NCBI GenBank assembly: GCA_946965045.2
Contig: OX337228.1
Coordinates: 5,146,001-5,210,000 of the forward strand
Direction of reading: 5' to 3'
Origin: Epithemia pelagica
Lineage: Eukaryota; Protista; Bacillariophyta
DNA length: 64,000 nucleotides
Shown piece after piece: positions 1-12,657 of this stretch. Both the position numbers and the translations under genes were made by a program. Numbering within the stretch: the stretch's first letter is position 1; each line of letters starts with the position of its first letter. The notes under the pieces were generated by a model. That model saw only the letters and a list, made by a program, of their open reading frames with translations, had not been told where the DNA came from and made no database searches.

Positions 1-262
1 TTTACTTCAATAAACGTTTTCTCCGATTAAAGTCAAAGATATTTCACTACTCCTAAGAACAATTGAAAAATTCATCCTAGGTCTACTGAAAAGGTCTGGC
101 TCCGAGTAGCATATCACATTTGAGAGCTCGCTCTTTGAAATGAAAGGACTTGGTACGGCTCTTCAAAGATCTAATCATTTGTACAGCCAGCCATGCGACA
201 GTACAACGTTCTATGCACATAACCAACGATAGACCATGTCTGCTGGTGAACATGCCAATATT

Positions 263-739
263 TTACTTTTCAAGCATTTCTTGAAGGGCTCCACTTCTTG
301 CAGCGGCTTGAAGCTTGTCATTACCGCCGACGTGTTCACCATTGATAAAGACATTGGGGACCGTTCTTTGACCAGACATGTCAAGGAGAGCGGCTTGAAG
401 GGACGACCCATTGTCCATTTGATCAAGTTCGTGAAGGGTATATTCCACGTTCATGTCCGTCAACAAGGACTTTGTCGCTGAGCAAAAGGGACAATAAGAC
501 TTGGAAAACACGACAACCTTGTTGCTGTCGATTTCCGCTTGCGCAAAGTCAAGTTCACTCGACGTTGAAGGCAATGGAGAGGACGACATCATGCGAGCAG
601 TATTGAAGGCAGGACGGGCAGAAGCAGCACCAAGGACTTGAACAAAAGTGGGTCTTGCCAAACCACGAGAGACAACGCCAAAAGCCATTGATGGAGAAGA
701 AATGGCCGCAAAAGAGAAGAGGCTAAAAAAGGTTTTCAT
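263..739 (-). CDS. GRX: Dithiol glutaredoxin (CPFC), probably plastid-targeted
   Basis: YCPFC active site, TVPNVFING and GG-D glutathione-binding motifs. N-terminal hydrophobic signal ending SMA|F, as in diatom bipartite leaders. Confidence 0.92.
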   Translation of the reverse strand: MKTFFSLFSFAAISSPSMAFGVVSRGLARPTFVQVLGAASARPAFNTARMMSSSPLPSTSSELDFAQAEIDSNKVVVFSKSYCPFCSATKSLLTDMNVEYTLHELDQMDNGSSLQAALLDMSGQRTVPNVFINGEHVGGNDKLQAAARSGALQEMLEK

Positions 740-1032
740 TGTGGGTCAGACAACTTTGTTTCTTATGGAAGGAGAGTAGTGAAAGTCATACATCAAAAAT
801 CGAAACGTATGGCACTGTTGGTTGTTGGTCGATACGTGGTTCGGAATTCGCGTGTTCTCAAGTTCGAAGGCGCAAGAATCCGTCAGTGCAGCGCCCGTAT
901 GACGTATGAGGGTATCAGTCGGACACAAAAAAATGAAGACTGCAAGACGGGCCATGTCCCGAGTCCCGAACCAACAAAGGTACCTACCCTTATACAGGAG
1001 TCAAAACACCACACCTAATATCCTAGAGAGGA

Positions 1033-1326
1033 GTACAAAAAAAGTGCTGCAACTTTGTCCAGAAGCAATGATGGTTTGAGAAATTGCGAGCTTATCACTA
1101 ACACCTACGCTTGTAGTGAATTGACATTGGCCTTTTCAGTTTTGAAGTCGCTAGCCTTTGTGGCTGCTAGGGAGATATTAGGAAGTACAAACAGTGCTGC
1201 AACTTAGTCCAGAACGATGGCATGAGAAATTGCGAGCTTGTTCGTACCACCTCTACTCTTTGGTCTGTTCAGTTTTGAAGTCTCGATGACAAATCGCAAT
1301 CATATTGCCTCTAGCCTTTGTGGCTG
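1033..1326. repeat. Imperfect local direct duplication, ~150 bp unit (1033-1166 and 1185-1326)
   Basis: Blocks GTACAAA..AGTGCTGCAACTT, GAGAAATTGCGAGCTT, TTCAGTTTTGAAGTC and CTAGCCTTTGTGGCTG each occur twice in the same order. Confidence 0.8.
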
Positions 1327-1386
1327 TGCAGTCTCGAGGATCATTAGACAGTGAACTCCATTCATATTTTTGCTGTATTCTTATCT

Positions 1387-4300
1387 CTATTTTTTCTTGA
1401 GCATTGAAGAAAAGAAACCAAGCGAACTACTCAAACCTAGTCCACCACTAGATTCTTGGCGTTGTTCCTCTTCTTCTTTTTCTTTCTTGAATGCCCCCTT
1501 CATCTGAAGATCGGCCAGAGTACGATCTGCCTGGATCGGAAGAAGCGCAAATCGGCGTGTGGAAGAAAGAGGGGTGTAACAGAAGGGCTGTTGCTGTCCC
1601 GAGGATGCGCTCATACCACCCATGTCGAGTTCTCCAGCTTGGGAGACTGAGGAAACACTGGATCGGGCTCCAAACAAAGAGGATAAAAAAAGATCACAGG
1701 ACTCGTCCACTGAACGATTCTTCTCGGAAACTATGTTTGGAAGCGACATCAATGTTGATCGACTCACGCTCTTTGAAAGAACTGCATGTACCTTCCTAGA
1801 GAGCCCGTCTATGTCTTCCAGCGCCGCGTTGTCAACACGAGCCTCCCTGTTTGCGTTTCTCTCAACAAAACAGTGCTTCACAAAAGCTACGTCAACATAG
1901 CACTGCATCTTCGCCGCGCCATTGACCTTGTCCATTGCACTGTTCGACAAGGAATCTCCCCATACCATGCATATGGATGACAAGGATCGACGAAGCAATG
2001 TCATTCGCAATGTGTCCGTGAGACTGAGCACGCTCCCCGCGATTCCCAAGGCCGCTGCATGATCCTCTGATGGAACGGCGGCCAATGCATCGGCGGGGGT
2101 TGTCATTTGGTTGAGAACAAACGATGTGTTCATAACAAATCCCAGAGTATGCGGTGAAACCCCGGATATGTTGTCTATTGTGGAAGAAGATGACGAACCG
2201 AGCGCTCCGCCATGTAGGACATGCCATTCTCTGTCGTCCGTACTCTCTCCGATTTTCCAGAATTCAGAGACCTTGAGGGAAAACGACTGTAGATAAGGAC
2301 GTAGTGCTGCATCTGCCCAATTCTCGAAGCAGTTCTTCACAATGCTGTCCAAGGCTCTCTGTACTATACCCAGGGCACTATACTGACCAGTTCCATGACG
2401 AAGCCCTCGTGCGGTTAGAAGCATAAGCTCACTCAATGTCACGTCAAAATTCTCTTTTTCTTCCGATGAATTGGAGTCGTTAGACAGGAAGAGTGTGCCT
2501 CGCAGCATTTCGGAGCCGTGAAATTGGGTTCCCGCAAAAGCAGATTCCGTGGCCTCCATGGCTTCTGTAAACGAGATTCTTCCGTCATTGTCGTCATCGG
2601 CCAGTGAAAATGCAGATTCAATATCCACGTGAGAGATCATACCAAGCGTACTGGCGGACCGAGCCTTGACAGCCGCAGGAGTGGACTCTTCGTCCAGCAA
2701 GGTTGGTAGGGAGGTGAGACGAAACTTGAGAAAGTAGCACAATCGTCCAACAATTAGCTCCCGCGTGCCATCCGATGTTGATTTATCTCCGTGTTCAGTG
2801 ACAATGCGTCGGACTTCGCACAGGAGACGACCGAGAATTTCACAGGTCTGAACATACAAGGACTGGCGCAACCTCCTTTCACTTTCTTCGCGCTCTTCAG
2901 CATGGACAAGCAACTCATGGGCGTCATCACTGACTTTCAGTAATGCTTGGTCCAGATCTGTGGCAATACGAAGAGTGTTCCGATAAGCCTCATGAGGCAA
3001 TAAGTGAGCTAGAGGAGGAGCTCTGGACAAAGACGCCCGGAGCGTAGATACAACCTTGGAGTGAACTGAGTGGAACGATGTCGTTAGGAGGGAATGCACA
3101 AGGGAGGAAAAGGTGGAGGAGAAAAGAGTGCTCCATAGCGAGAACTTTCTATCCGGGGTCATTTCAGTATGGGATAGAACCTGTCGAATATCGACAATAC
3201 CCGCGACAGCATCGTCCCACTTGCAGATCGGATTTTCGTTCAGAGCTCGATGACATTCAACACCATCGGTTTTATCGTAAAGGGATTGACGGATCTGTCC
3301 AAGAGCGCTGGCAGTCGTGCCTGCGATAGACACTAGAACAGATTTTACTTTGCTCCGAATCAAGGGTAGATGGGACGTCAAGAACTTGGAGCAACGCATC
3401 TGTACTGCATTTGGATCAAACAAGGGGAATGATTCCATAATCTGCTCTGCCCGCTGACCCGGGAACTTGCGGAGCACAAAAATCTCGTAGGGGTGCACGA
3501 TAACATCATGTTGCAAAATAAGAACAATCTTCGATAGGATGCCTTCCGCTTGATCTGCCGCCTTGACAGTCAGCTGATTGAACAGAGAGCCCAAGAGTTG
3601 AGCTTTGCAATCAAAATAAGTCTCCAGTAGAAGCGACGCGCGATCATTGACATCAGAAGATGGTCTGCCTTCTTTTTGGCGCGACAAGATATCTAACGAG
3701 GCTAAAGCTGCTGCAGACCGCTCAGCTCCCAGAGAGGGATCAAAGGAAGAATCATCGTTGTACGACGCAGCTGCCAACAGATTGGAACGTGAGAGCTGTA
3801 GAATTCTTCGTGGAAGCGTTTGTACTTGAAAATAGATCATACGCATTTGTGCTTCTAGTGTCGGATCAAGAATCTCCATCTTGTCTCTAGGAACAGTAGG
3901 TACGATCGAAGGGGAGGCATGGACAGCCAAGGCATTGGCCAACGGGTATCGATTTGTGTGGAAGGCAAAGAGGCAGAAAAGTTCCACAAGACACGTCGTC
4001 GCCAAATGAACTTCATTTCGATCGAGAGCTCTGTGAACGCTTCGAGTTAAATCGGAAAACTGCCGTCGAGTCTGTTGAACCACAGCTTGACCATCTGTCC
4101 CTTCTTGGCTTTCTCCTTGATTGAAACTCGAAGGCGTTTGGAGGGGAAAAGTGGGCTGCTGAAGCTTATCCATCAACTCCGGCAACGCATGAATCAGATC
4201 ATGTAGTTCTTTTGCGCGCTCCTTCATTCTCAGGACTTCGTCGCTACTGCCGACCAATTCACGATATCGGGAGGCCAGAACCAGGCGAAGTTCCACTCGT

Positions 4301-4581
4301 TTGGCTTCCGCTTCTTGCAAGGCACGCCTGTGCAAATGGCGCATTTCATCGATTGTCATGCTTTGAGCCGTTCGATAGGATGACATCATTGTAGTACCGG
4401 GGCTACTTCCTCCACTTCCAGAGTGAGTGATCAGACTAGGAGGTGGTGGTAAGGAAGTGGAGGCGCCGTATCCAGACGAACCAGTACTCGAGGTGCTCGA
4501 AACTCGATTTGGGTTGCTTCCCCCCGAGATCGAACGGTATGACCTAGGAACAGGTGGAGGAGGGGGAACAGACGAGCTCAT
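1387..4581 (-). CDS. COG1: Conserved oligomeric Golgi complex subunit 1-like protein with an internal EF-hand
   Basis: N-terminal Vps51/COG1-type segment (EAKRVELRLVLASRYRELVGSSDEVLRM). C-terminal PLSSTRRFALLPI resembles the COG1 tail. Canonical EF loop DDDNDGRISFTE at 2563-2598. Confidence 0.72.
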   Translation of the reverse strand: MSSSVPPPPPVPRSYRSISGGSNPNRVSSTSSTGSSGYGASTSLPPPPSLITHSGSGGSSPGTTMMSSYRTAQSMTIDEMRHLHRRALQEAEAKRVELRLVLASRYRELVGSSDEVLRMKERAKELHDLIHALPELMDKLQQPTFPLQTPSSFNQGESQEGTDGQAVVQQTRRQFSDLTRSVHRALDRNEVHLATTCLVELFCLFAFHTNRYPLANALAVHASPSIVPTVPRDKMEILDPTLEAQMRMIYFQVQTLPRRILQLSRSNLLAAASYNDDSSFDPSLGAERSAAALASLDILSRQKEGRPSSDVNDRASLLLETYFDCKAQLLGSLFNQLTVKAADQAEGILSKIVLILQHDVIVHPYEIFVLRKFPGQRAEQIMESFPLFDPNAVQMRCSKFLTSHLPLIRSKVKSVLVSIAGTTASALGQIRQSLYDKTDGVECHRALNENPICKWDDAVAGIVDIRQVLSHTEMTPDRKFSLWSTLFSSTFSSLVHSLLTTSFHSVHSKVVSTLRASLSRAPPLAHLLPHEAYRNTLRIATDLDQALLKVSDDAHELLVHAEEREESERRLRQSLYVQTCEILGRLLCEVRRIVTEHGDKSTSDGTRELIVGRLCYFLKFRLTSLPTLLDEESTPAAVKARSASTLGMISHVDIESAFSLADDDNDGRISFTEAMEATESAFAGTQFHGSEMLRGTLFLSNDSNSSEEKENFDVTLSELMLLTARGLRHGTGQYSALGIVQRALDSIVKNCFENWADAALRPYLQSFSLKVSEFWKIGESTDDREWHVLHGGALGSSSSSTIDNISGVSPHTLGFVMNTSFVLNQMTTPADALAAVPSEDHAAALGIAGSVLSLTDTLRMTLLRRSLSSICMVWGDSLSNSAMDKVNGAAKMQCYVDVAFVKHCFVERNANREARVDNAALEDIDGLSRKVHAVLSKSVSRSTLMSLPNIVSEKNRSVDESCDLFLSSLFGARSSVSSVSQAGELDMGGMSASSGQQQPFCYTPLSSTRRFALLPIQADRTLADLQMKGAFKKEKEEEEQRQESSGGLGLSSSLGFFSSMLKKK

Positions 4582-4735
4582 GATGATGATTGAAACTGAG
4601 CAACAACGTCAATTTGGGAAGGGACGGTCATTCCATCATCTCGTCAAAAGATGCGCAGCCCAGGGGCAGGGGGGACTGGGAACTGGGACTGGGCTTGCTA
4701 CTTGCTGCTACGGGTACTTCTACTCTACTAGCTAG

Positions 4736-4757
4736 AGGAGTACTCCTAGCTACTCCT
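4736..4757. promoter_or_regulatory. Palindrome AGGAGTACTCCT plus an extra TACTCCT in the divergent COG1/rhomboid promoter
   Basis: Perfect 12-bp palindrome at 4736-4747 and a further TACTCCT at 4751-4757. The same 7-mer recurs in many intergenic regions. Function is inferred. Confidence 0.45.
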
Positions 4758-4897
4758 ATGAGGGAAAAGACGTTCACCATGGGAAGCGACAGCAGGGAGC
4801 ACATAGTGCCATTACCTGAAAATATTGGCAATATTTCCGATGTTCTTTCAGTTTCTAATTGTATTTAAATCATACCAGTTGCAAAAGTGAAAAAGGC

Positions 4898-5926
4898 ATG
4901 ACCGTTCGGTCCCAACAACTTCTCCGACAGACTCCTCCAACTACCTTGGTGGTTATGGCAGTATGTGCTGGATTGCACCTTCTTCATTTTGTCACTAACT
5001 ATCCAGAACTCCACACTTTAACGCTCTGCCCTCAACTGGTACTTTACCAAGGAGACTCCTATAGAATTATTACAAGTGCTCTGTTTCATGGAAGCTTTCT
5101 TCACATTGGAATGAATCTAATGTCCGCAGCAGCCATTGGCACCATGCTGGAAAAACGGATTGGTTCGATTGCCCTTCTCCTCACTATTCTTTGGTCGATC
5201 CTAATTTCTTCTACAATCTACATTTCCATCGCTGTACTTTGTTTATGGGTTTTAGATAAGGAAGATCTGATGCGCCAGCACTCTGTGGGTTTCTCCGGTG
5301 TCCTATTTCATCTGTCCGTATTGGAATGCTATCTAGGGCCCCAACAGGCTCGGAGTGTCTTTGGCTTTTTTCGTGTAAGCCCAAAACTATATCCATGGGC
5401 TTTGCTGATTGCCCTTCAGATCGTTATGCCGGGTAAGTTTCCTTTTTGCCATGAACGAAGAATTACAAGCTTGGTCATCTGCGCATCAATTGGCCTAAGA
5501 ATCCGTGTAGGTCTTTCTTTTACAGGACATCTATCAGGTCTACTTGCTGGGCAGATGCAGTATTATCAATACTTAAATTTCATCTTTCCGTCTGACTCAT
5601 TCTACAGAGAGATGGACTCGTGGTCCATGTTATCGCTGGTGACCAAATTGCCAAACTTCGCACGAGCTCCGACAGACATTATACATCGAGACCCTCCTCT
5701 CACAATCTCAGTCTGCGTCTGTTCAGCATACCAATCGATCGTTCGGATACTATTTCAATTGTTGGAAACTCTATACGTCATTATTTGTGGTAGAGGGGCT
5801 GAAGCAAACTCCAATCTCCTATTGCCTCGACTGCCCGTGATGTCGTCGTTCTCACGTCATCAGCAAGATCCAGAGGACGGAGAGAACACGGTGCATGTTC
5901 AGGAAAATCCAGGCGAGGATGTCTAA
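4898..5926 (+). CDS. Rhomboid intramembrane serine protease (RHBDD1/RHBDL4-like), 2 exons
   Basis: HGSFLHIGMN, catalytic VGFSGVLF and SFTGHLSG. Removing the intron at 5433-5510 (GTAAGT...TAG, 78 nt) gives MPGLSFTGHLSG. First in-frame ATG at 4898. Confidence 0.85.
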   Translation: MTVRSQQLLRQTPPTTLVVMAVCAGLHLLHFVTNYPELHTLTLCPQLVLYQGDSYRIITSALFHGSFLHIGMNLMSAAAIGTMLEKRIGSIALLLTILWSILISSTIYISIAVLCLWVLDKEDLMRQHSVGFSGVLFHLSVLECYLGPQQARSVFGFFRVSPKLYPWALLIALQIVMPGKFPFCHERRITSLVICASIGLRIRVGLSFTGHLSGLLAGQMQYYQYLNFIFPSDSFYREMDSWSMLSLVTKLPNFARAPTDIIHRDPPLTISVCVCSAYQSIVRILFQLLETLYVIICGRGAEANSNLLLPRLPVMSSFSRHQQDPEDGENTVHVQENPGEDV

Positions 5927-5992
5927 CTTCTCGTATGTGCATTACATGAGAGCGTATGCGATCAACAGAAATGTCGTAAGGGCTACCTCTGT

Positions 5993-8900
5993 TCAATTCA
6001 TGCCAATACTTGCCGATTTCCCGGCAAACTTGGATTGGTACTGCATAAGCTGTTCAGGAGGCAACTTGGCAATGGCCTGGTGAGCGTGAACTCCAGAGTC
6101 CCCGCTTTTCTCAAGCATGTGGGCGCATCTCATCCAACCAGCCCATTGCCTCGCGTCCTCATATATTTTCCCATCAATAAGTCTAGGCAATAGCACCTGC
6201 GAGACCCAAGTATGTAAACTTTCATGTTTTGTACAAACGAGAATACAAGTTCGCATGAAGGCAAGAGGAAGCCGTTCTTCACCGGTCAAGAAAACACCAC
6301 TTATCTGATCCAAAGAAAACATCAAAACACGATCGTTGTACGTTCCATCGTCTTCCAGACAAAGTTTTATGGCGCTCAAGTACCTTTTCTGAGGTATATT
6401 GGACGCAGAGAAATCCAGTTTGTGAAGGTAAACGATCTGTTCGCAAAGAGTCATGCCTTGGAGGGAAGGGGAAGATGCGTCTGGTTCGTCCCGAAAGAGA
6501 AGAGCATGCCGTGCAACTCTGGTTCCCATACGAACGAGAGCAGCAACGAAGACCTTATCGTCTGCCATCACGAAGTCAGGCAAAAGCTTAATGAGGTCAC
6601 AGCGTTTCATCACAGACACAACCGGAATGATGTACCGCGGGTCCTTCTTTCCGTCGGCACCCGCCTTCGAATCTTGGATCTTGAAACATGCATCGATTAG
6701 GTCTTGATCTGGAGCACTGACAAGATTCTCTAAGAAAGACAAAAGCAGTGGGATCTCGCGTGTTCCAGTCATTGATGCCACATCGAACGCAATCGATGCA
6801 GCGCCATGCTTAGTTGCAGCGGCCTTCGCAAGCTTCTGCATACTAGACCGTACTGTTTTCGACAATACATCAGCTTTCTCAAGGCCACTTATTTTGAAAA
6901 GTACTCCGATGATATCAGTACGTCTCACACATAGAGCCATAAAAAGGATGGCAGGTTTCCGCATCCGATCCATTGCCTGCTTCTCGACATCACTCCATGG
7001 TCCCAAAGGATTCTTCTTTGCGGCTTCGTTCTTTTGTTCAGCATTTGCTTTCTCAATCTCATCGTAGGAACCAACTGCGTCTTCTGAAGCGAGCTCCAGC
7101 TCTTCAGTGGCCGCGTCAACCACGGTCCTTGCTAGAACCTCGTTTCTCGGGAAAAGCACATTCATCACTAACTTTAGAGCTTTATCTTGAACGCTTGCGC
7201 TCGCAGGGAAACGCCCAGCAGCGATACCAACTGCACATCGAACAGCAACATTCCTGTCTTCGGATTCCCTCTGGAAAGCTATATCTCTTAGAATCAATAG
7301 AGCGGCAGTAGCGCGTTTTTCCGCCGCAGCCTTCGCGGCATGAACGGCAGCAGCTTCTGCCACAGAATCTTGACTACTCTTCTTTGAAGCTTCAAGTGCC
7401 TTTCTGGTGATACTTTCAATGTCACACAATGAACTAAGCTGGACAATCGAAGAAGCGCTCAGTCGGGGAAGTTTCGGCAGATCTCTTTGCAACAGAGCCA
7501 CAGTTTGGGAGGCAATCTTCTTTTTCTCAAGATCGCTGGGCTTATCATTTGCAACATTCGATGCATTTACACTGGCTGCAACACAAACCTCGAGGGCATA
7601 CTCATAAATATCATGGAGATAGGGATCGTCTGGGTCAGAATCTTGCTGCAGCAGAGCCTCCGTCAAGAATCGCACCGTGAGAGAGTTGTTTTCACTACTG
7701 CGCGAAGCATCATCAGGGATGGATCGCGTGGATCCTAAACATAAACCTGACGAAGCAAGAGGGTATAAATCTATGAACTCTCCCAACTTTCGCTGTCGAT
7801 CCTTGTCTTGCACCACCTTGGAGATACTTGATTTTGCCATAGCAATGGGTGCCTGGTGCTCAGATTCAGGCGCCACTTTGCGCAGAGTGAAAGCAAGCCG
7901 CGCAGCAACAGAGCGTCCAAACTCCGCACATGATTCTGATTTGGCATTGAATGACTTTTCCAAGATCCGACCAAAAGCATCCGCAGCAGCGTTTGCGGCT
8001 TGTTCTTGAAAGAGTTTTCGCTTCTTCTGTACTTCTTCTGGATCTTCGGGGTTATCACGTTTCATTAGTTCCATCGCGTCAAGCAACTTCTGGTTCGGAC
8101 GGATCTTGTTTTCAGAACCGATGTCTATTTCCCAAGAACCACCCCCATCTCTCTCATACCACCGCCCTTCTTCCTGGAGAAGAGAGGCCCCGTTTGTTAA
8201 TATTGAGTCAAGAACCATTTCCAATGTAACAGGAACCTTCCTGGACTTGGAGGTTCCCGCTGGACGCTTCTTGGGAAGGTTCTCGAGGTTGGCAAGTACA
8301 AGATCTACAGCATCGGACATGCTTGTGGGCAACTGGATTCCATGACCCAGACCTTTCAAGGCCTTTGCTGCCCTCATTTTTGCCAAATCATCGTCAGTCT
8401 CTCTCTGACGCTTCCGTCGGTCCATGTCATCCGAGGCACTTGTGGTAGTGTCCCACTCGTAGTACACATTTGCGCGATTACGGGCAGCACGACCAGCAGT
8501 CTTTAGAGAATGAGCATGCTTGGCCATAGATAAGGCTTTTTCCGCTTGAGCTTGCATGTCGAAAGCATGTAACGCTTTCTCGAGTACGGGATGAGAGTTC
8601 GTTGACACAGAAAGAGCGTTGCGAAGAAGTGTCAAACAGGACGACTTGATTTGTGACGAGATAGCCATTATCCCCACGGCACTCAAATACTGTCCTTCAT
8701 CTTGATTGGGTGGCTCAACGGCCCGGCGAGAAAGGCAGATTGAGGCTTCGTGAAAAAAACCAGGACGATGCGTTGCCAGAGCAGCTAGAGCATTTATGGC
8801 AACTGAGTAAGGTTTGGTACCCAGTCGAAAGTCAAATTCTACACTGGATCGGTCTAAGTTTGTTCCTAAGTTCACATTCACAGAATCGTCGTGATCAGCC

Positions 8901-10251
8901 TCACCACTTTGGTAAAGAGGAGGAAAGTTTGACTCGAAGTCAAGATATGATAGGGCAGCCGGTTTCAGGATATTGACGACTTGTTCCGAAGGCGAACCAC
9001 CAGACATCATCATTCCCGATAGCACGTTTTCATCAATCTTCACTTGACCTCCCATCGTAGTGAATCCTCGAAGAACCGAAAAAGCGTAGTCAGAAATCGA
9101 CTCCAGTGATTCCCTCGTAATCAAAGGGTGTCCTTCTGGCAGATCATCCAAGGAGAAATCTTCTTGTGGCTGTGGAGAAAGCATGTGCATGAGGAGTTAG
9201 AGAAAACATGAATAAGCGCTCTGTGTACCTGTAACATGATCATACTCAGAATAAGATAACGTACTGTAGTACTCGTGCCCCTTCGTCGGGCTGAAGGATC
9301 CTGTGGTCTACGCGAACAACACAAGACCACAATTTCAATGAACTTAATACAAGAGGCCATCAAGGAGTCACGTGACCCCGAATCGGTTGAAGAAAAAAGA
9401 AGCCTTTGCAAAACGGATTCGATGAGTTTCATCACTGGTGAATACAAACGATTTGCACCACGATCATCGGCAGCCTTGATTCTTTGTACAATGTGCTTGA
9501 GAGCTGGTCGTAGGGCCGCGGATGCAGCGAGGACTCCTCTTGAAGCAGTAGCGTCATCGGCAGCTTGAGCCGTAAATACACCTGGAGTTAAACAAGCTAT
9601 AGCGGCCTGAAGCCAGTACCGTAATATTTCACCTTCACGAGCCAGGCGTTTATCCTTTCGACGAACTTGAATAAGTCGAGGGAGGGCAGGTCCATGATTA
9701 TGATTATGATGGTGGGAGGAAGACGAACCACTGCCATATGGACCAGCAGCACTGCTAATAGGGGGAGCAGTGGAATCTAGCCAACTACCGGCCTTGTGCG
9801 CTTCTCTCCAAAAGGAACGAAAGAATTCTAGGGCTGCTCCACGTTTCGCAGCAACTTGGTCCGACTGCGCCATCTCCAACAATACAGGTAAGACAAGATC
9901 TGATACTAGCCGTTCATAAACGTCTTCAACAGCGTCATCAAGACCTTCCATGGTACCTCGTGAATATGTACGCGCTACAGATGGTCCCGTGTGAGAAGCG
10001 ACTTCTAATACAGGTCTCAATAACTGCGCCATCTCTTCGTGAATGGTTGGAACTCCAGAAGATGGATCGTGTACTCCAGAATGGAGCTTAACTTCATCTA
10101 ATGACGCCACCACGCGTCCCTCTAAATCATCGATTGCCAACAATAGAGGATCTTCGTGGTCGCCAGTGTCTTCCACATCCTCGATCTGCGCATTATCATC
10201 TTCAGCAAGGCTGTTGTTCTGAGGCTCATCTTCATCTTCAAGCCTGTTCAT
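5993..10251 (-). CDS. SYMPK: Symplekin/Pta1 (3'-end processing scaffold), 2 exons; start uncertain (ATG at 10251, frame open to about 10302)
   Basis: C-terminal symplekin-like LPLAFMRTCILV...LLPRLIDGKIYEDARQWAGWMRC. The intron at 9170-9264 (GTACGT...CAG, 95 nt, phase 0) joins the two long ORFs in frame. Confidence 0.82.
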
Positions 10252-10830
10252 TCTTTCAATATCCGCGTCAAAGTCAGCAATATCTGTTTCGATGTTTTTC
10301 AAGCAAGAGAACGGCGAAAGTCAACTCTGGCGCCGTTCGCTCCATCTCCATTGTGGAGAAAAGTAAAAGCAGATGTCGAAATTCGCAAGATATTCGTGGT
10401 GATCGATAGCTAAGGTAGACTATGATATGTCGAGAAGACTACTGCAATAGTGTAGAGAATTCTCGAGTTTCACCCTCTAGCTCTAGAGAGGTACATCTCT
10501 CTATCCTAAGATTAGAAAAAAAGCAGTATTAGGAGTAGGAGTATATAGTCAATACAATCAATACAATCACTTCACACTGGGAAATGGCTGATCGACTCAC
10601 ATGGAGAAATGGCTAATCAACAGTTACTAATGGACAACTCTTCCAAACGTCTCCATGGACCCAAGTTGGTTTCTCCGAGGAAGGAGCACTATGAAGCGCG
10701 CGGGGGAATCACCGACCTCGTGCAACAAGGAGACAAGAATGGTCGGCACGGAAGAGGACTCTGTGTAGGTTCATGACCACAACTATCGTCGGTAAGTTCC
10801 ATTTACCACGGTGTTTCTGGCTGCGTAAGT

Positions 10831-12036
10831 TCATTCCTTGCCATTCTTATTGCCGTAGAGATGCAGCTTTTCGTATTCATCCGTTTGGACGTACTTTTCT
10901 GCCGCTTTGTCATGGCGACGGACACGCTCCTCAGAGTCCGTCGCCAAGAGTTCATCGAATATGACTTTCTCGTCATCCTTCATGACGTATGGTGAAAACT
11001 CGTCGCTGGGAAAAGTGCCATTTTCCACGTCGTCCTTGAACGATTTCAGGCCCTCTTGAATAGCCAAACCTACCGATGCATATCTTTTACAAAATTTCGG
11101 AACAAACGCTTCGTGGTGCGGATGACTGAGCATGCCAAGCATGTCGTGATACACAAGAACCTGTCCACTGGTGTGCTGTCCAGCACCGATACCAATAGTT
11201 GGGATTTCCAAAGAATCGGTAATTTCCTTCGCCACATTGGGTGGCATGCACTCCAACACGATAGCAAAGACACCCGCGTCTTGTAATCGAAGTGCATCGT
11301 CCACCAAAGCCCTTGCCCGAGAAGCTGTGCGACCTACAGCACGAAAACCGCCCGTCACCGAAATGGCTTGAGGCAGTAACCCAATATGACCCATAACTGC
11401 AACACCACTCTCCACAATCTGATGAGCCGTATGAGCCCTACGAGCACTTCCACCCTTCAATAACAGGAAACCACGTTTGATGTTAGCCCGTAATATACAA
11501 ACGGGTCCATGTCATTGAGGACGCTGACGTACCTCGAGCTTGACTGCGTCCATTCCAGCTTCTTTGATGAAGCGGTAGGCATTCCGCAAGGCAATATCTG
11601 TATCTCGATACTCATACGACCCAAGAGGCATATCGCCAACAAGAAGAGGAATTTTCATATTTGAATCGGGTCCTTTGCTGGCCAGATCGACTCCGCGTTT
11701 GACGGCCCCACAGTGATGAACCATATCGTCCATTGTCACTGGCTGGGTTGTGTCATGACCTAACTCCACCATACCAACCGAATCTCCCACCAATATAATA
11801 TCCATTCCAGAACGTGCTACATGCACCGCAGAGGGAAAGTCGTAGGCTGTTACCATTGTGAACTTTTTGTTTTGTCGCTTTTGCGACGTGAGAGAAAGTG
11901 CCGACACTTTGGTTGTAGCGTAACGAGGATTTGTGCCGGAAAGAGGTGAAAGTCCTTGTATCTGAGACACCAATTGTCTTTTCGACATCAAACAAGGAAC
12001 CTTTACCAACGAGGAGGACGGTAACCGCATCATCAT
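10831..12036 (-). CDS. panB: 3-methyl-2-oxobutanoate hydroxymethyltransferase, N-terminal organellar presequence, 2 exons
   Basis: TMVTAYDFPSA, ILVGDSVGM, VGDMP, MGHIGLLPQ, IPTIGIGAG and GQVLVYHDMLG motifs. The intron at 11455-11532 (GT...CTAAC...AAG) restores KLEGG. Confidence 0.95.
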
Positions 12037-12657
12037 TGTTGTTCGAAAATTACCAACTGTTGAAGTTGATTTGGTGTCTACACCTCATTGGAGTCGGTGG
12101 GTGGGAGATTCCGATGGGAAAATCTATCCAAGAAGTTGTTCTATTGTGGTTTTGATGGGGGTGAGGGCACGTCGCACGTCTGCATCTTCTGCAGTCATCA
12201 ATCGGCGACCAACCTCGACTCTGGAATCGCGGATTGGATCACGTCCTACTACTCTTCGAAATAGACTTACTTGACTGTATAACTGAAATGTAGATACAAC
12301 TACTGCTTGGGGGACCACATACACACGCGCTCTCAAGTTTTCGCGAGCCGCATTTGCATCCACCTGCGATCACACAAGACTACGAGAGATTGCTCTACGC
12401 AGGGGAGTAAGAACAGTACCCGTTACCAGTGCCCATAGTTTTCGTCTGTGCCTCAGACGACGACGAAGAAAGCGGAAGAAGAGAAGCGGAAATTGTTCCA
12501 CCGCGCCCTCTTGCTTGTCTTGTTTGCAACTTGGCAATTTGCGCATTTGCTCAAACATAGCACCCCCATCGTATCGACCTCGATCCCCAAGACCAGGAGA
12601 AGATATCTCAAGAAACTATAAAATCATATCAAGACGAATCGTTGAAGAAAGATCCTC

